From NCBI GenBank assembly GCA_040954595.2, contig CM082586.2, forward strand, positions 11,625,337 to 11,689,336: a stretch of DNA of 64,000 nt, read 5' to 3'. The notes under the pieces were generated by a model. The model ran no database searches, had not been told where the DNA came from, and saw only the letters and a program-made list of their open reading frames with translations. This document shows positions 36,501 through 48,700 of the stretch, one piece after another; within the stretch, counting starts at the first letter, position 1; every line of letters starts with the position of its first letter. A program made the translations under genes and the position numbers. Origin of the DNA: Balanoglossus misakiensis. Taxonomy: Eukaryota; Animalia; Hemichordata.

Positions 36501-36964
36501 GAAAACGCTGGAAATCTCGGTTTTCTTGCGACACGCCAACTTGAGAGAACATAGCCTCTATATCTGACATCAGTGCTATCCGCTCTTCACGAAAACGTAT
36601 AAGCACTCCTACAAGTGAACTGGTCAGATCCGGTCCTTGCATTAATTCCTTGTTCAAAGAAGTTCCCTTGTATTCTGCACCACAGTCGAAGACTACCCGG
36701 ATTTTCTGTTTCTGTGGATGGTATACTCCATGATGGGGAAGATACCATTTCTTTCCAGGATTGCCTTCCAATTCTTCCTGTGGCACCCTTTCAGCATAGC
36801 CTTTGTCTATAATACTTTCCATGAAGGTAGTATATTCTTGACGATAGTCATCGTTGTTTCTAAATTTCTTTCCCAACTGAGAAAGCCGATATTCTACTGC
36901 CACTTTGTTGTTTGGCATCGTAACACCGTCATCACGAAACGGTAATGGCACCTGGTAATGACCA
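33517..36964 (-). mobile_element. BEL-A copy 2: 3' LTR (33517-33903), 3' UTR and partial pol, ending at the fold-back junction
   Basis: The LTR is preceded by satellite AACGTT-ACCAG. 35173-36964 is a direct copy of 1-1792. There is a 1-bp frameshift at ~35771. Confidence 0.95.
34148..34597 (-). other. 168-bp A-rich retroposed fragment with 12-bp TSD, later tandemly duplicated with 57 bp of flank (period 225 bp)
   Basis: TCATGCTGCCAA occurs at 34136-34147 and 34316-34327, and the second copy starts at 34373. The insert is absent from the mirror copy near 40015. Confidence 0.8.
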
Positions 36965-39765
36965 AGGTCAAATGTAGATCGAGTGGTCTTAGTGTACAAA
37001 CGTACGCCTTTATTGACAACGGCAGTGACACAGTATTCTGTACGGAAACACTTCGCCGACAACTGAACGTCGGTGGTAAGAAAACAAAGATTATGCTGAA
37101 CACTATCACTGGAAGTAAATCAGCTGATAGTCGTGTTATCAAGGGTCCAGAAGTTTCAGATCTTGATGAGCATTACATCATCAAACTTCCAGCTACATAT
37201 ACGCAAGAGAAAATTCCTGCTTCGAAAGATCTCATCGTTACACAAGATGACATTGGCAAGTATCCTTATTTGCGTAAGGTACGCCTGCCTGAGATAGATG
37301 CGGAAATAGGCCTACTCATCGGTGGTAACGTTCCTGAAGCGTTTGAACCATGGGAAGTGATAAACAGTAATGGAGATGGACCATTTGCCGTACGTACCCG
37401 TTTAGGCTGGTTCGTAAATGGTTTCCTTACGGGGGCTGGCGTGTCAGAAAATGAAACTGCCGCAACAGTCTGTAGAATACAAGTTGGACCGGCGATTGAT
37501 CAGCAGTTAATCAACCTCTTCAATCACGAGTTCAGCGAGCGCATCATAGATGACAAACCCGAAGATTCGGTTGAAGATAGAAAGTTCATGAAGATTGCGT
37601 ACGAACAAACGCAGTTTGTTGATGGTCATTACCAGGTGCCATTACCGTTTCGTGATGACGGTGTTACGATGCCAAACAACAAAGTGGCAGTAGAATATCG
37701 GCTTTCTCAGTTGGGAAAGAAATTTAGAAACAACGATGACTATCGTCAAGAATATACTACCTTCATGGAAAGTATTATAGACAAAGGCTATGCTGAAAGG
37801 GTGCCACAGGAAGAATTGGAAAGCAATCCTGGAAAGAAATGGTATCTTCCCCATCATGGAGTATACCATCCACAGAAACAGAAAATCCGGGTAGTCTTCG
37901 ACTGTGGTGCAGAATACAAGGGAACTTCTTTGAACAAGGAATTAATGCAAGGACCGGATCTGACCAGTTCACTTGTAGGAGTGCTTATACGTTTTCGTGA
38001 AGAGCGGATAGCACTGATGTCAGATATAGAGGCTATGTTCTCTCAAGTTGGCGTGTCGCAAGAAAACCGAGATTTCCAGTGTTTTCTGTGGTGGCCTAAT
38101 GGTAATGTAGAGGAACCTCCTGTCGAGTACCGAATGACAGTGCACATCTTCGGGGCTACATCGTCACCCAGTTGTGCAAACTTCGCGTTGAAGAAAGCTT
38201 CAGACAATACTTCTGATCTGAGTGTCAAGAACACCATATCTAGAAACTTCTACGTTGATGACATGTTGAAGGCAGCATCAACAGTGATGGAAGGAAAGTC
38301 TTTGGCTGAAGGGCTGACAGACACCTGTAAGAAATCAGGGTTCAAGCTCACAAAGTGGATCAGCAATACGCGTCCAGTTTTGGAAGCAATACCTGAAGAA
38401 CAAAGGGCGATAGAGGTGAAGAACTTAGACTTGGAGCGAGATGACTTGCCAATGGAGCATGCACTCGGTATGCAGTGGAACGTGGAATCTGACGAATTCG
38501 GATTCAGAAATCGTACTAAAGAGAAACCAGCGACCAGACGAGGAATTCTGGGAGTGGTTAGTTCATTATACGACCCACTGGGCATGGCAGCACCAGCGCT
38601 TCTGCCACCCAAGATGCTTTTGCAGCAGCTGTGTAAAGCAAAACTAGGCTGGGATGATGATATTCCTGGAAAACAACGCAAAGTGTGGGAGAATTGGTTG
38701 AGGGATCTACCGAAATTAGAAGAGTGTTTCGCAGTACCCAGATGTATAAAGCCCGAGCACTTTGGTGAAGTAGACACAGCTCAGCTACATCACTTTGCTG
38801 ATGACAGCGAAAATGGATATGGCGCTGTATCATATCTTAGGTTGATCGACAAAAGCGGAAACATCCACAGCACTTTGATGATGGCCAAAGCAAGAGTGGC
38901 TCCATTGAAGCAAATATCGATCCCACGAATGGAATTAACTGCAGCTACTGTAGCAGTGAGGCTTGACAAACTTCTCAGAAAGGAGATGGATTTGCCAATC
39001 AATGAATCCGTGTTTTGGACGGATAGCAAAACCGTGCTGCGGTACATAAACAACGAAACCACAAGATTTCATACCTTCGTGGCGAATAGACTAGCAGTGA
39101 TTCGAGGAGGATCAGACCCAGCGAACTGGCGCTACATTAATACCAGTGACAACCCGGCAGATGCTTTTCTGAAGAACGAAAGATGGATAGGTGGTCCTGA
39201 TTTCTTGCGGAAGACACAAGACAAATGGCCAAGTGATAGCTACAATACACAGCTAGATCCAGAAGATCCAGAGGTGAAGAAATCTGCACTAGTGCATAGA
39301 ATAGCCTTGAGGTCGGAAGAAGAAACTGTACCCGTTGTGTTGGGAACAGTACCTGTTGTTTCGGGAGAACGACAGACGCCTGACAAAGGGGCGGATCGAT
39401 CCATGTCCGTTAATGCGGAGGAGACGGTTCAGAAAATGATAGACCACTACTCCAGTTGGTATAAACTGAAGAAAGCAGTGGCCTGGATACGTAAAGTGGG
39501 TGACACATTGTTGAGATGTGCCAAGAACAAAAGTCGTCGTACAGATGGACCGCATGAGATTACAGTATCGTCGGACGACGTTAGAGACTTAAAAGCATTG
39601 ACACCCAGTATGTTGCTTACTATGAAGGGAGCAGCAACACCCCCTGGTGTGACGGAGAAGAACGACTTGTATGCTGTACACAGATGGAAGCAAGTGCAGT
39701 ATCTGTCAGATTTGTATTGGAAAAGGATGAGAACACCTCCAGAAATGCGTGGCCTTTGGGTGTAA
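36958..39765 (+). CDS. BEL-A pol, 935 aa: aspartic protease, RT and RNase H region; integrase core deleted
   Basis: Motifs FIDNGSDT, WYLPHH, RVVFDC, SDIEAMF, FYVDD, YDPLG, LHHFAD, SIPRMEL and WTDS. The frame jumps from ..PHEITV to SSDDVRDLKALTPSMLL, a post-DDE integrase motif. Confidence 0.85.
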   Translation: MTKVKCRSSGLSVQTYAFIDNGSDTVFCTETLRRQLNVGGKKTKIMLNTITGSKSADSRVIKGPEVSDLDEHYIIKLPATYTQEKIPASKDLIVTQDDIGKYPYLRKVRLPEIDAEIGLLIGGNVPEAFEPWEVINSNGDGPFAVRTRLGWFVNGFLTGAGVSENETAATVCRIQVGPAIDQQLINLFNHEFSERIIDDKPEDSVEDRKFMKIAYEQTQFVDGHYQVPLPFRDDGVTMPNNKVAVEYRLSQLGKKFRNNDDYRQEYTTFMESIIDKGYAERVPQEELESNPGKKWYLPHHGVYHPQKQKIRVVFDCGAEYKGTSLNKELMQGPDLTSSLVGVLIRFREERIALMSDIEAMFSQVGVSQENRDFQCFLWWPNGNVEEPPVEYRMTVHIFGATSSPSCANFALKKASDNTSDLSVKNTISRNFYVDDMLKAASTVMEGKSLAEGLTDTCKKSGFKLTKWISNTRPVLEAIPEEQRAIEVKNLDLERDDLPMEHALGMQWNVESDEFGFRNRTKEKPATRRGILGVVSSLYDPLGMAAPALLPPKMLLQQLCKAKLGWDDDIPGKQRKVWENWLRDLPKLEECFAVPRCIKPEHFGEVDTAQLHHFADDSENGYGAVSYLRLIDKSGNIHSTLMMAKARVAPLKQISIPRMELTAATVAVRLDKLLRKEMDLPINESVFWTDSKTVLRYINNETTRFHTFVANRLAVIRGGSDPANWRYINTSDNPADAFLKNERWIGGPDFLRKTQDKWPSDSYNTQLDPEDPEVKKSALVHRIALRSEEETVPVVLGTVPVVSGERQTPDKGADRSMSVNAEETVQKMIDHYSSWYKLKKAVAWIRKVGDTLLRCAKNKSRRTDGPHEITVSSDDVRDLKALTPSMLLTMKGAATPPGVTEKNDLYAVHRWKQVQYLSDLYWKRMRTPPEMRGLWV

Positions 39766-40639
39766 TCGTCAAAGTTATGCCTGATCGGAAAGGGGTGGTG
39801 AGACGAGTATTGGTGAAGACCAGATCCAGTGTTTTAGAAAGACCATATGATAAGTTGTGCACATTGCTGGAAGCACAGACTTAGTGGTATTGGTATGGTT
39901 GCAGTTACCAGCAGCTGTAATAACAACGATCTCAAGTAGTGGCCAGTCTATCCACTACGTCCAGCGTTTGATCTCATCTTTGAAGTACAGATGTGTTGGA
40001 TATCATGCTTGGCAGCATGATTGACCGGACGAGGTCTGGGCATGGTCAAGGATGTATCATCACATTCATGAAGAAAAGGATTCTTGTATTCGTGTTTCCT
40101 GAAAAACTTTCGACTTCGCGTTTCGAGATATTTATAGATATTGTTTTGTAATTTCTATTTGATATGTAATTTCGGCACATATGGATGTTGGCGTTTTGAA
40201 TTTGCTAGGATGGAAATTGTTAATGTTTTTTCATGAACAATTTGGGGGCTGGTGTAAGGACGCCCAGTTCTTAGAGAAACTGAAATATTTAGTCTAGCGC
40301 CCTCGCGCTGTGAGTACATTAGCGCATGCGCTTTTGTTTAGAAAATATCTGGAAAATTCCATGGCGCACATGTGAGGACTTTTGCACAGTTAGCCTGGGG
40401 ATTTTTGCCAGTTTTCTACGGAAACTTCAACCACCGCGACGCATCATCCAGTGCCAGTGTTGTATGTTCAGTCATTAAATGTTCGTGTAAAGTTCCGAGC
40501 AGCGTTTTCTGTGACATCTGACAAGGAATGTTCGTCGGCGATGGTGAGCTCCAGTTAGTTAACGGCAAATACTGTAGAACCCTGTGGCCTTTGATGTGAA
40601 TTAGGGCGCCATTTGAGACGGCACATCGAGGTTACTACA
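36963..40639 (+). mobile_element. BEL-A copy 3 (inverted): partial pol, PPT and 3' LTR (40253-40639)
   Basis: PPT TTTGGGGGCTGG precedes TGTAAGG. The LTR ends TACTACA and is followed by CTGGT, the reverse complement of the ACCAG TSD. Confidence 0.95.
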
Positions 40640-41274
40640 CTGGTAACGTTGAACAAGTCGATTTTTCTAGGGCCTGGCTCGGCTAAATCTCCGTCACAAT
40701 ATGACAGACACTAGCGTACGTTAGCAACGGTGATCAAGTCAGATTTTCTACGGCATGGCTTGGATAAAGCCCCGGCACTCTAGAGCAGAAACACGCGTAC
40801 AGAGACCAGGTTGATCAAGTCTGATCTCCTACGGCTTGGCTCGACTGAAACCCCGGCACACTAGGACAGACACTAGCGTTCGTTAGCAACGTTGATCAAG
40901 TCAGATTTCCTACGGCATGGCTTGGCTAAAGCCCTGGCACTCTAGAGCAGAAACACGCGTACAGAGACCACGTTGATCTACTCACATTTCCTTCGGCCTG
41001 GCACGGCTGATGCCCCGGCACTATATATAGGACACAGACTGGCGTAAGTTAACAACGGTAATCACGTCGGGTTTCCTACGGCCTGGCTCAGCTGAAGCCC
41101 CGGCACTCTAGAGCAGAAACAGGCGTACATTGACCACGTTGATCAAGTCAGATTTCCTACGGCGTGACTCGGCTGGTGCACCGGCTCTATATGACACAGA
41201 CTGGCGTAAGTTATCAACGGTGATTACGTCGGATTTCCTACGGCCTGGTTTAGCTGAAGCCCCGGCACTTTAGA

Positions 41275-42711
41275 GCGAGACGTTCTTTGCCGAGTAGGAT
41301 GCTGTCAGACAACGCATCGACTTATTTATCGGCTGCCAATGAAATCAAAACACTGTTTGATACGCCAGAAGTAAATGACTTTCTCGCCGCACATCGTGTA
41401 CAATGGACGTTTATACCGAAGCGCGCGCCCTGGTTTGGTGGCTTCTGGGAGAGGCTGATTGCTTTGACAAAGAACGCTATTAGGAAAACTGTCGGTCGAG
41501 CTTACCTAACCTTTGATGAACTCGCAACAGTTGTGACTGAAATTGAAGCCGTTTTAAACGACAGGCCGTTAACGTACGTGTCATCCAGTATAAACGACAA
41601 CATTGGATTGACCCCAAATCACTTGCTACATGGCAGGACACTGACATCATTGCCGTACATCGAGATCACCGACGAAGAGGTGATTGACCCATCTTACTGT
41701 GATAATCGTGAAATCAACAAAAGATATGAACATCTATCAAGATTACACGATCAATTTTGGCGAAGATGGTCGTCCGATTATCTGACTGCCCTACGTGAAC
41801 GACATCCCACCAAAGGAACTCGTGATAATGTCATCAAGGTCGGAGATGTCGTGATAATACACAGTGACACTGACAAACGTCCGAAATGGCATTTAGGAAC
41901 TGTAACAAGGTTGATCTTCGGTAATGATAAACTGGTACGATCTGCGGAGTTGAACACCGCAGGTGGTCCTACAAACCGACCTATCCATAAATTGTACCCA
42001 TTGGAAGTTGTCTCCAAGGAGCTGTCAACTGTGTCTGGAGATAATACAGGTATTGGTGCAGATTCCAACACGAATACTGAAACAGTCGACACAGCTGGAG
42101 CCTCTGAAGATTCCTCGGTGAAGGCGGATGTTGTACCCCCGAGACGACCTGTCAAGACTCTGCAGTTGCCGCTCGAGTACGAATAGCGGATCTCTCTATT
42201 TGACTTTGAAATTGGAAAACAATTTCGATCGCATTGTGACTGTTATCATGTTTACTGACACAATGAACATTAGTTTATTATCCTTGAACACTTTAGGTGA
42301 CTTTAATCATATTTCATGTTATTTGATGTTTTTTTTTCTGACGATTTTCGAGACTTTCCTTTGCGCGGGGGAGAATATGGAGAAGTGAGAGATTTACTCC
42401 AGAGAGATCACGTGACGGAAACTCTTACCCTATCAGAGTTGACTTTGTTTCCCGCCAAACTTTATACTTGTAGCAGATTTATTGTAATTTTTGAGTGTTT
42501 GCTCCGGCGTTCGTGGGACTTATATATAACCCAGTTTTGGCGCTTTCGGGCAGCATTTTCTAAGGAGCTCTGTGGTGTTACTTTGTTGTTGGATTCAGAT
42601 GGTAATAAACCAGTGTTTTACCTAGCACTGAATCGTTCGCTTCTTTTCCGACGTCAGTATACTCGAACCCCCTCCCGGGAGTATTGATCACTGCCACGAT
42701 ACTTCCCCACA
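41275..42711 (+). mobile_element. BEL-B fragment, mirror copy (integrase ORF 41287-42186; LTR 42376-42711)
   Basis: It has the same two junctions with satellite as 29316-30752. A 1-bp deletion near 42155 alters the C-terminus. Confidence 0.92.
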
Positions 42712-45700
42712 ATTTGGTCAAAATTGTAAATTTTTGAAAATTACAAAAAATACCTGTTTTCTACATTTTCGGAAATCTGATGGAGTATAGAATGCTCTTC
42801 GTATGTATATATCGATACAAATTCCACAAAAGACCGTCTAATTTGGCTCACTGCAGACAAAATTGCGTTTTACCAAATTTTCCTTGAAAATGTCATTTTT
42901 AGAAAAAAAAAATAAAAAAACCTTTGTTCTTCGAATTTGGTGCCCTGATCATATATGGCATGTTGATTGTATGTTAAGACTTTCGACCACTCCAAAAATG
43001 CAGAGATATTGTCGGAATTCAAGAAAAAATAGCCATTTTGGCCATATTTTGACAAAAATGGTAAATTTTTAAAAAATCATAAAAAATTAACTCTTTTCTT
43101 ATTTTTTCGGAAATATTATGGAGCATGAAGTGTCGTTCTCTTGTAAAAAGTGCTGCAAATTCCAGAAAAGGCGGTATAATTTAAATCACCCAAGACAAAA
43201 TTACGACTTTTTTTCGAAAAATTGTCTTTTTTACAAAATAAATAAGAATAAATTCTTTTCTTAGTTTGAAACGGGTAGAGATACTTTCCACACGGGTTTT
43301 CTAACATTGAATTCCCGTTCATCAACTCAGATTTCCAACAGCATAAGTCGGCTAAAACCCTGACAATCTAGAGCAGAAACAGTTGCACACTGGTAACGTT
43401 GAACAAGTCGATTTTTCGACGGCCTGGCTCCGCTAAATGTCCGTCACAATATGACAGACACTAGCGTACGTTAGCAACGGTGATCAAGTCAGATTTTCTA
43501 CGGCATGGCTTGGATAAAGCCCCGGCACTCTAGAGCAGAAAAACGCGTACAGAGACCACGTTGATCAAGTCTGATCTCCTACGGCTTGGCACGGCTGATG
43601 CCCCGGCACTATATATAGGACACAGACTGGCGTAAGTTAACAACGGTAATCACGTCGGGTTTCCTACGGCCTGGCTCAGCTGAAGCCCCGGCACTCTAGA
43701 GCAGAAACAGGCGTACATTGACCACGTTGATCAAGTCAGATTTCCTACGGCGTGACTCGGCTGGTGCACCGGCTCTATATGACACAGACTGGCGTAAGTT
43801 ATCAACGGTGATTACGTCGGATTTCCTACGGCCTGGTTTAGCTGAAGCCCCGGCACTTTAGAGCGGAAACACGCGTACATTGACAACGATGATCAATTCA
43901 GATCTCCTACGGCCTGGCTCGACTAAAACCCCGGCACACCATAACAGACACTAGCGTTCGTTAGCAACGGTGATCAAGTCTGATTTCCTTCGGCCTGGCT
44001 CTGCAAAAGACCCGACACTCTAGTACAAAGACGTTGGCTAAGTCGGGCAAACCGAAGAGGGAAAGTCACAGCGGGTCAACACTCGACATTTGTTCGGGTA
44101 GGACTGCATTATTGCCTGTCAATTTATAGAGAAAGCTCGAATTTAACCAGGGCGTTTCAAACACCGACGTTAGTTGGGGGCACGGCCTGCAGTACTGCCG
44201 GGTAAGCTGACATCGGCGTACCGCATGTAATGTAGGGGGGGGGGGGACAGAACGGTTTAATACTACATTTATCAGATATCAGCTAATTTTGGACAATCAT
44301 CTTAAATCTAATTCATTTTTTCATATTTGGATATCTGATGATGTATGAAATTTCCATTATATGTAAAAATGGTGCTGATTATAAAAATGCACTCTGAATG
44401 AGCTGATTTAATACAAAATTGCGTTTTATTCGTTTTTGCACCAAAAAGGTCATTTTTAGGCAAAACATTCTTTATTTTTTTAATTCGGTGACCTGATCAT
44501 ATATAAACAATTGCTTGTATGTTAAAAGTTTTTATGACTTTTAAAAGCAGTGACACTGGCGGCATTCAACACGAAAATAACAATTTTAGCCACAATTTGG
44601 TCAAAATGGTAAATTTTTGAAAATTACAAAAAAATACCTGTTTTCTACATTTTCGGAAATCTGATGGAGTATAGAATGCTCTTCGTATGTATATATCGAT
44701 ACAAATTCCACAAAAGACCGTCTAATTTGGCTCACTGCAGACAAAATTGCGTTTTACCAAATTTTCCTTGAAAATGTCATTTTTAGAAGAAAAAAAAATA
44801 AAAAAACCTTTGTTCTTCGAATTTGGTGCCCTGATCATATATGACATGTTGATTGTATGTTAAAATTTTCGACCACTCCAAAAATGCAGATATATTGACG
44901 GAATTCAAGAAAAAATAGCCATTTTGGCCATATTTTGACAAAAATGGTAAATTTTTAAAAAATCATAAAAAAATAACTCTTTTCTTCATTTTCCGAAATA
45001 TTATGGAGCATGAAGTGTCGTTCTCTTGTAAGAAGTGCAGCAAATTCCAGAAAAGGCGGTATAATTAATCACCCAAGATAAAATTACCATTTTCGACTTT
45101 TTTTCGAAAAATTGTCTTTTTTACAAAATAAATAAGAATAAATTCTTTTCTTAGTTTCAAACGGGTAGAGATACTTTCCACACGGGTTTTCTAACATTGA
45201 ATTCCCATTCATCAACTCAGATTTCCTACAGCATAAGTCGGCTAAAACCCTGACACTCTAGAGCAGAAACAGTTGCACACTGGTAACGTTGAACATGTCG
45301 ATTTTTCTACGGCCTGGCTCTGCTAAATCACCGTCACAATATGACAGACACTAGCGTACGTTAGCAACGGTGATCAAGTCAGATTTTCTACGGCATGGCT
45401 TGGATAAAGCCCCGGCACTCTAGAGCAGAAACACGCGTACAGAGACCACGTTGATCAAGTCTGATCTCCTACGGCTTGGCTCGACTAAAACCATGGCACA
45501 CTATGACAGACACTAGCGTTCGTTAGCAACGTTGATCAAGTCAGATTTCCTACGGCATGGCTTGGCTAAAGCCCTGGCACTCTAGAGCAGAAACACGCGT
45601 ACAGAGACCACGTTGATCTACTCACATTTCCTTCGGCCTGGCACGGCTGATGCCCCGGCACTATATATAGGACACAGACTGGCGTAAGTTAACAACGGTA

Positions 45701-48700
45701 ATCACGTCGGGTTTCCTACGGCCTGGCTCAGCTGAAGCCCCGGCACTCTAGAGCAGAAACAGGCGTACATTGACCACGTTGATCAAGTCAGATTTCCTAC
45801 GGCGTGACTCGGCTGGTGCACCGGCTCTATATGACACAGACTGGCGCAAGTTATCAACGGTGATTACGTCGGATTTCCTACGGCCTGGTTTAGCTGAAGC
45901 CCCGGCACTTTAGAGCGGAAACACGCGTACATTGACCACGATGATCAAGTCAGATCTCCTACGGCCTGGCTCGACTAAAACCCCGGCACACCATGACAGA
46001 CACTAGCGTTCGTTAGCAACGGTGATCAAGTCGGATTTCCTTCGGCCTGGCTCTGCAAAAGACCCGACACTCTAGTACAAAGACGTTGGCTAAGTCGGGC
46101 AAACCGAACAGGGAAAGTCACAGCGGTTCAACACTTGACATTTGTTCCGGTAGGACTGCATTATTGCCTGTCAATTTATAGAGAAAGCCCGAATTTAACC
46201 AGGGCGTTTCAAACACCGACGTTAGTTGGGGGCACGGCCTGCAGTACTGCCGGGTAAGCTGACATCGGCGTACCGCATATAATGTAGGGGGGGGGGGGGG
46301 GAACAGAACGGTTCAATACTACATTTATTACATATCAGGTAATTTTGGACAATCATCTAAAATCTAAATCATTTTTTCATATTTGGATATCTGATGATGT
46401 ATGAAATTTCCATTATATGTAAAAATGGTGCTGATTATAAAAAATGCACTCTGATTTAATACAAAATTGCGTTTTATTCGTTTTTGCACCAAAAAGGTCA
46501 TTTTTAGGCAAAACATTCTTTATTTTTTTAATTAGGTGACCTGATCATATATAAACAATTGCTTGTATGTTAATAGGTTTTATGACTTTTAAAAGCAGTG
46601 ACACTGGCGGCATTCAACACGAAAATAACAATTTTAGCCACAATTTGGTCAAAATGGCAAATTTTTGAAAATTACAAAAATACCTGTTTTCTACATTTTC
46701 GGAAATCTGATGGAGTATAGAATGCTCTTCGTATATATATATCGATACAAATTCCACAAAAAACGGCCAATTTGGTTCACTGCAGACAAAATTGCGTTTT
46801 ACCAAATTTTCCTTGAAAATGTCATTTTTAGAAAAAAAAAATAAAAAAACCTTTGTTCTTCGAATTTGGTGCCCTGATCATATATGACATGTTGATTATA
46901 TGTTAAAACTTTAGACCACTCCAAAAATGCAGAGATATTGACGGAATTCAAGAAAAAATAGCCATTTTGGCCATATTTTGACAAAAATGGTAAATTTTTA
47001 AAATATCATAAAAAATTAACTCTTTTCTTCATTTTCGGAAATATTATGGAGCATTAAGTGTCGTTCTCTTGTAAAAAGTGCTGCAAATTCCAGAAAAGGC
47101 GGTATAATTTGAATCACCCAAGACAAAATTACCATTTTCGACTTTTTTTCGAAAAATTGTCTTTTTTATAAAATAAATAAGAATAAATTCTTTTCTTAGT
47201 TTCAAACGGGTAGAGATACTTTCCACACGGGTTTTCTAACATTGAATTCCCATTCATCAACTCAGATTTCCTACAGCATAAGTCGGCTAAAACCCTGACA
47301 CTCTAGAGCAGAAACAGTTGCACACTGGTAACGTTGAACATGTCGATTTTTCTACGGCCTGGCTCTGCTAAATCTCCGTCACAATATGACAGACACTAGC
47401 GTACGTTAGCAACGGTGATCAAGTCAGATTTTCTACGGCATGGCTTGGATAAAGCCCCGGCACTCTAGAGCAGAAACACGCGTACAGAGACCACGTTAAT
47501 CAAGTCTGATCTCCTACGGCTTGGCTCGACTAAAACCCTGGCACACTATGACAGACACTAGCGTTCGTTAGCAACGTTGATCAAGTCAGATTTCCTACGG
47601 CATGGCTTGGCTAAAGCCCTGGCACTCTAGAGCAGAAACACGCGTACAGAGACCACGTTGATCTACTCACATTTCCTTCGGCCTGGCACGGCTGATGCCC
47701 CGGCACTATATATAGGACACAGACTGGCGTAAGTTAACAACGGTGATCAAGTCGGATTTCCTTCGGCCTGGCTCAGCTGAAGCCCCGGCACTCTAGAGCA
47801 GAAACAGGCGTACATTGACCACGTTGATCAAGTCAGATTTCCTACGGCGTGACTCGGCTTGTGCACCGGCTCTATATGACACAGACTGGCGTAAGTTATC
47901 ACTGGTGATTACGTCGGATTTCCTACGGTCTGGTTTAGCTGAAGCCCCGGCACTTTAGAGCGGAAACACGCGTACATTGACCACGATGATCAAGTCAGAT
48001 CTCCTACGGCCTGGCTCGACTAAAACCCCGGCACACCATGACAGACACTAGCGTTCGTTAGCAACGGCGATCAAGTCGGATTTCCTTCGGCCTGGCTCTG
48101 CAAAAGAACTGGCACTCTAGTACAAAGACGTTGGCTAAGTCGGGCAAACCGAAGAGGGTAAGTCACAGCGGGTCAACACTCGACATTTGTTCGGGTAGGA
48201 CTGCATTATTGCCTGTCAATTTATAGAGAAAGCCCGAATTTAACCAGGGCGTTCCAAACACCGACGTTAGTTGGGGGCACGGCCTGCAGTACTGCCGGGT
48301 AAGCTGACATCGGCGTACCGCATATAATGTAGGGGGGGGGGTGGGGCAAACAGAACGGTTCAATACTACATTTATTAGATATCAGCTAATTTTGGACAAT
48401 CATCTAAAATCTAAATCATTTTTTCATATTTGGATATCTAATGATGTATGAAATTTCAATTATATGTAAAAAATGGTGCTGATTATAAAAAATGCACTCT
48501 GAATGAGCTGATTTAATACAAAATTACGTTTTATTCGTTTTTGCACCTAAAAGGTCATTTTTAGGCAAAACATTCTTTTTTTTTTAATTCGGTGACCTGA
48601 TCATATATAAAGAATTGCTTGTATGTTAAAAGTTTTTATGACTTTTAAAAGCAGTGACACTGGCGGCATTCAACACGAAAATAACAATTTTAGCCACAAT

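Noticed and set aside
36900-37700. Sequencing fold-back chimera
   Set aside because: The arms differ by TSD-flanked insertions, a 27-bp deletion (~39160) and unit number, which a single-molecule artefact would not produce. A haplotype misjoin still needs read-level exclusion.
33517-40639. A novel retroelement with inverted LTRs (DIRS-like or foldback element)
   Set aside because: Both are 3' LTRs with a PPT, the mirror symmetry extends far beyond them, and there is no tyrosine recombinase; it is the centre of the larger inversion.
44325-44360. Hammerhead-like CTGATGA-TGTAT-GAAA on the minus strand of each unit
   Set aside because: Stem II cannot pair (TGTAT), and no stem III/NUH/stem I arrangement closes correctly.
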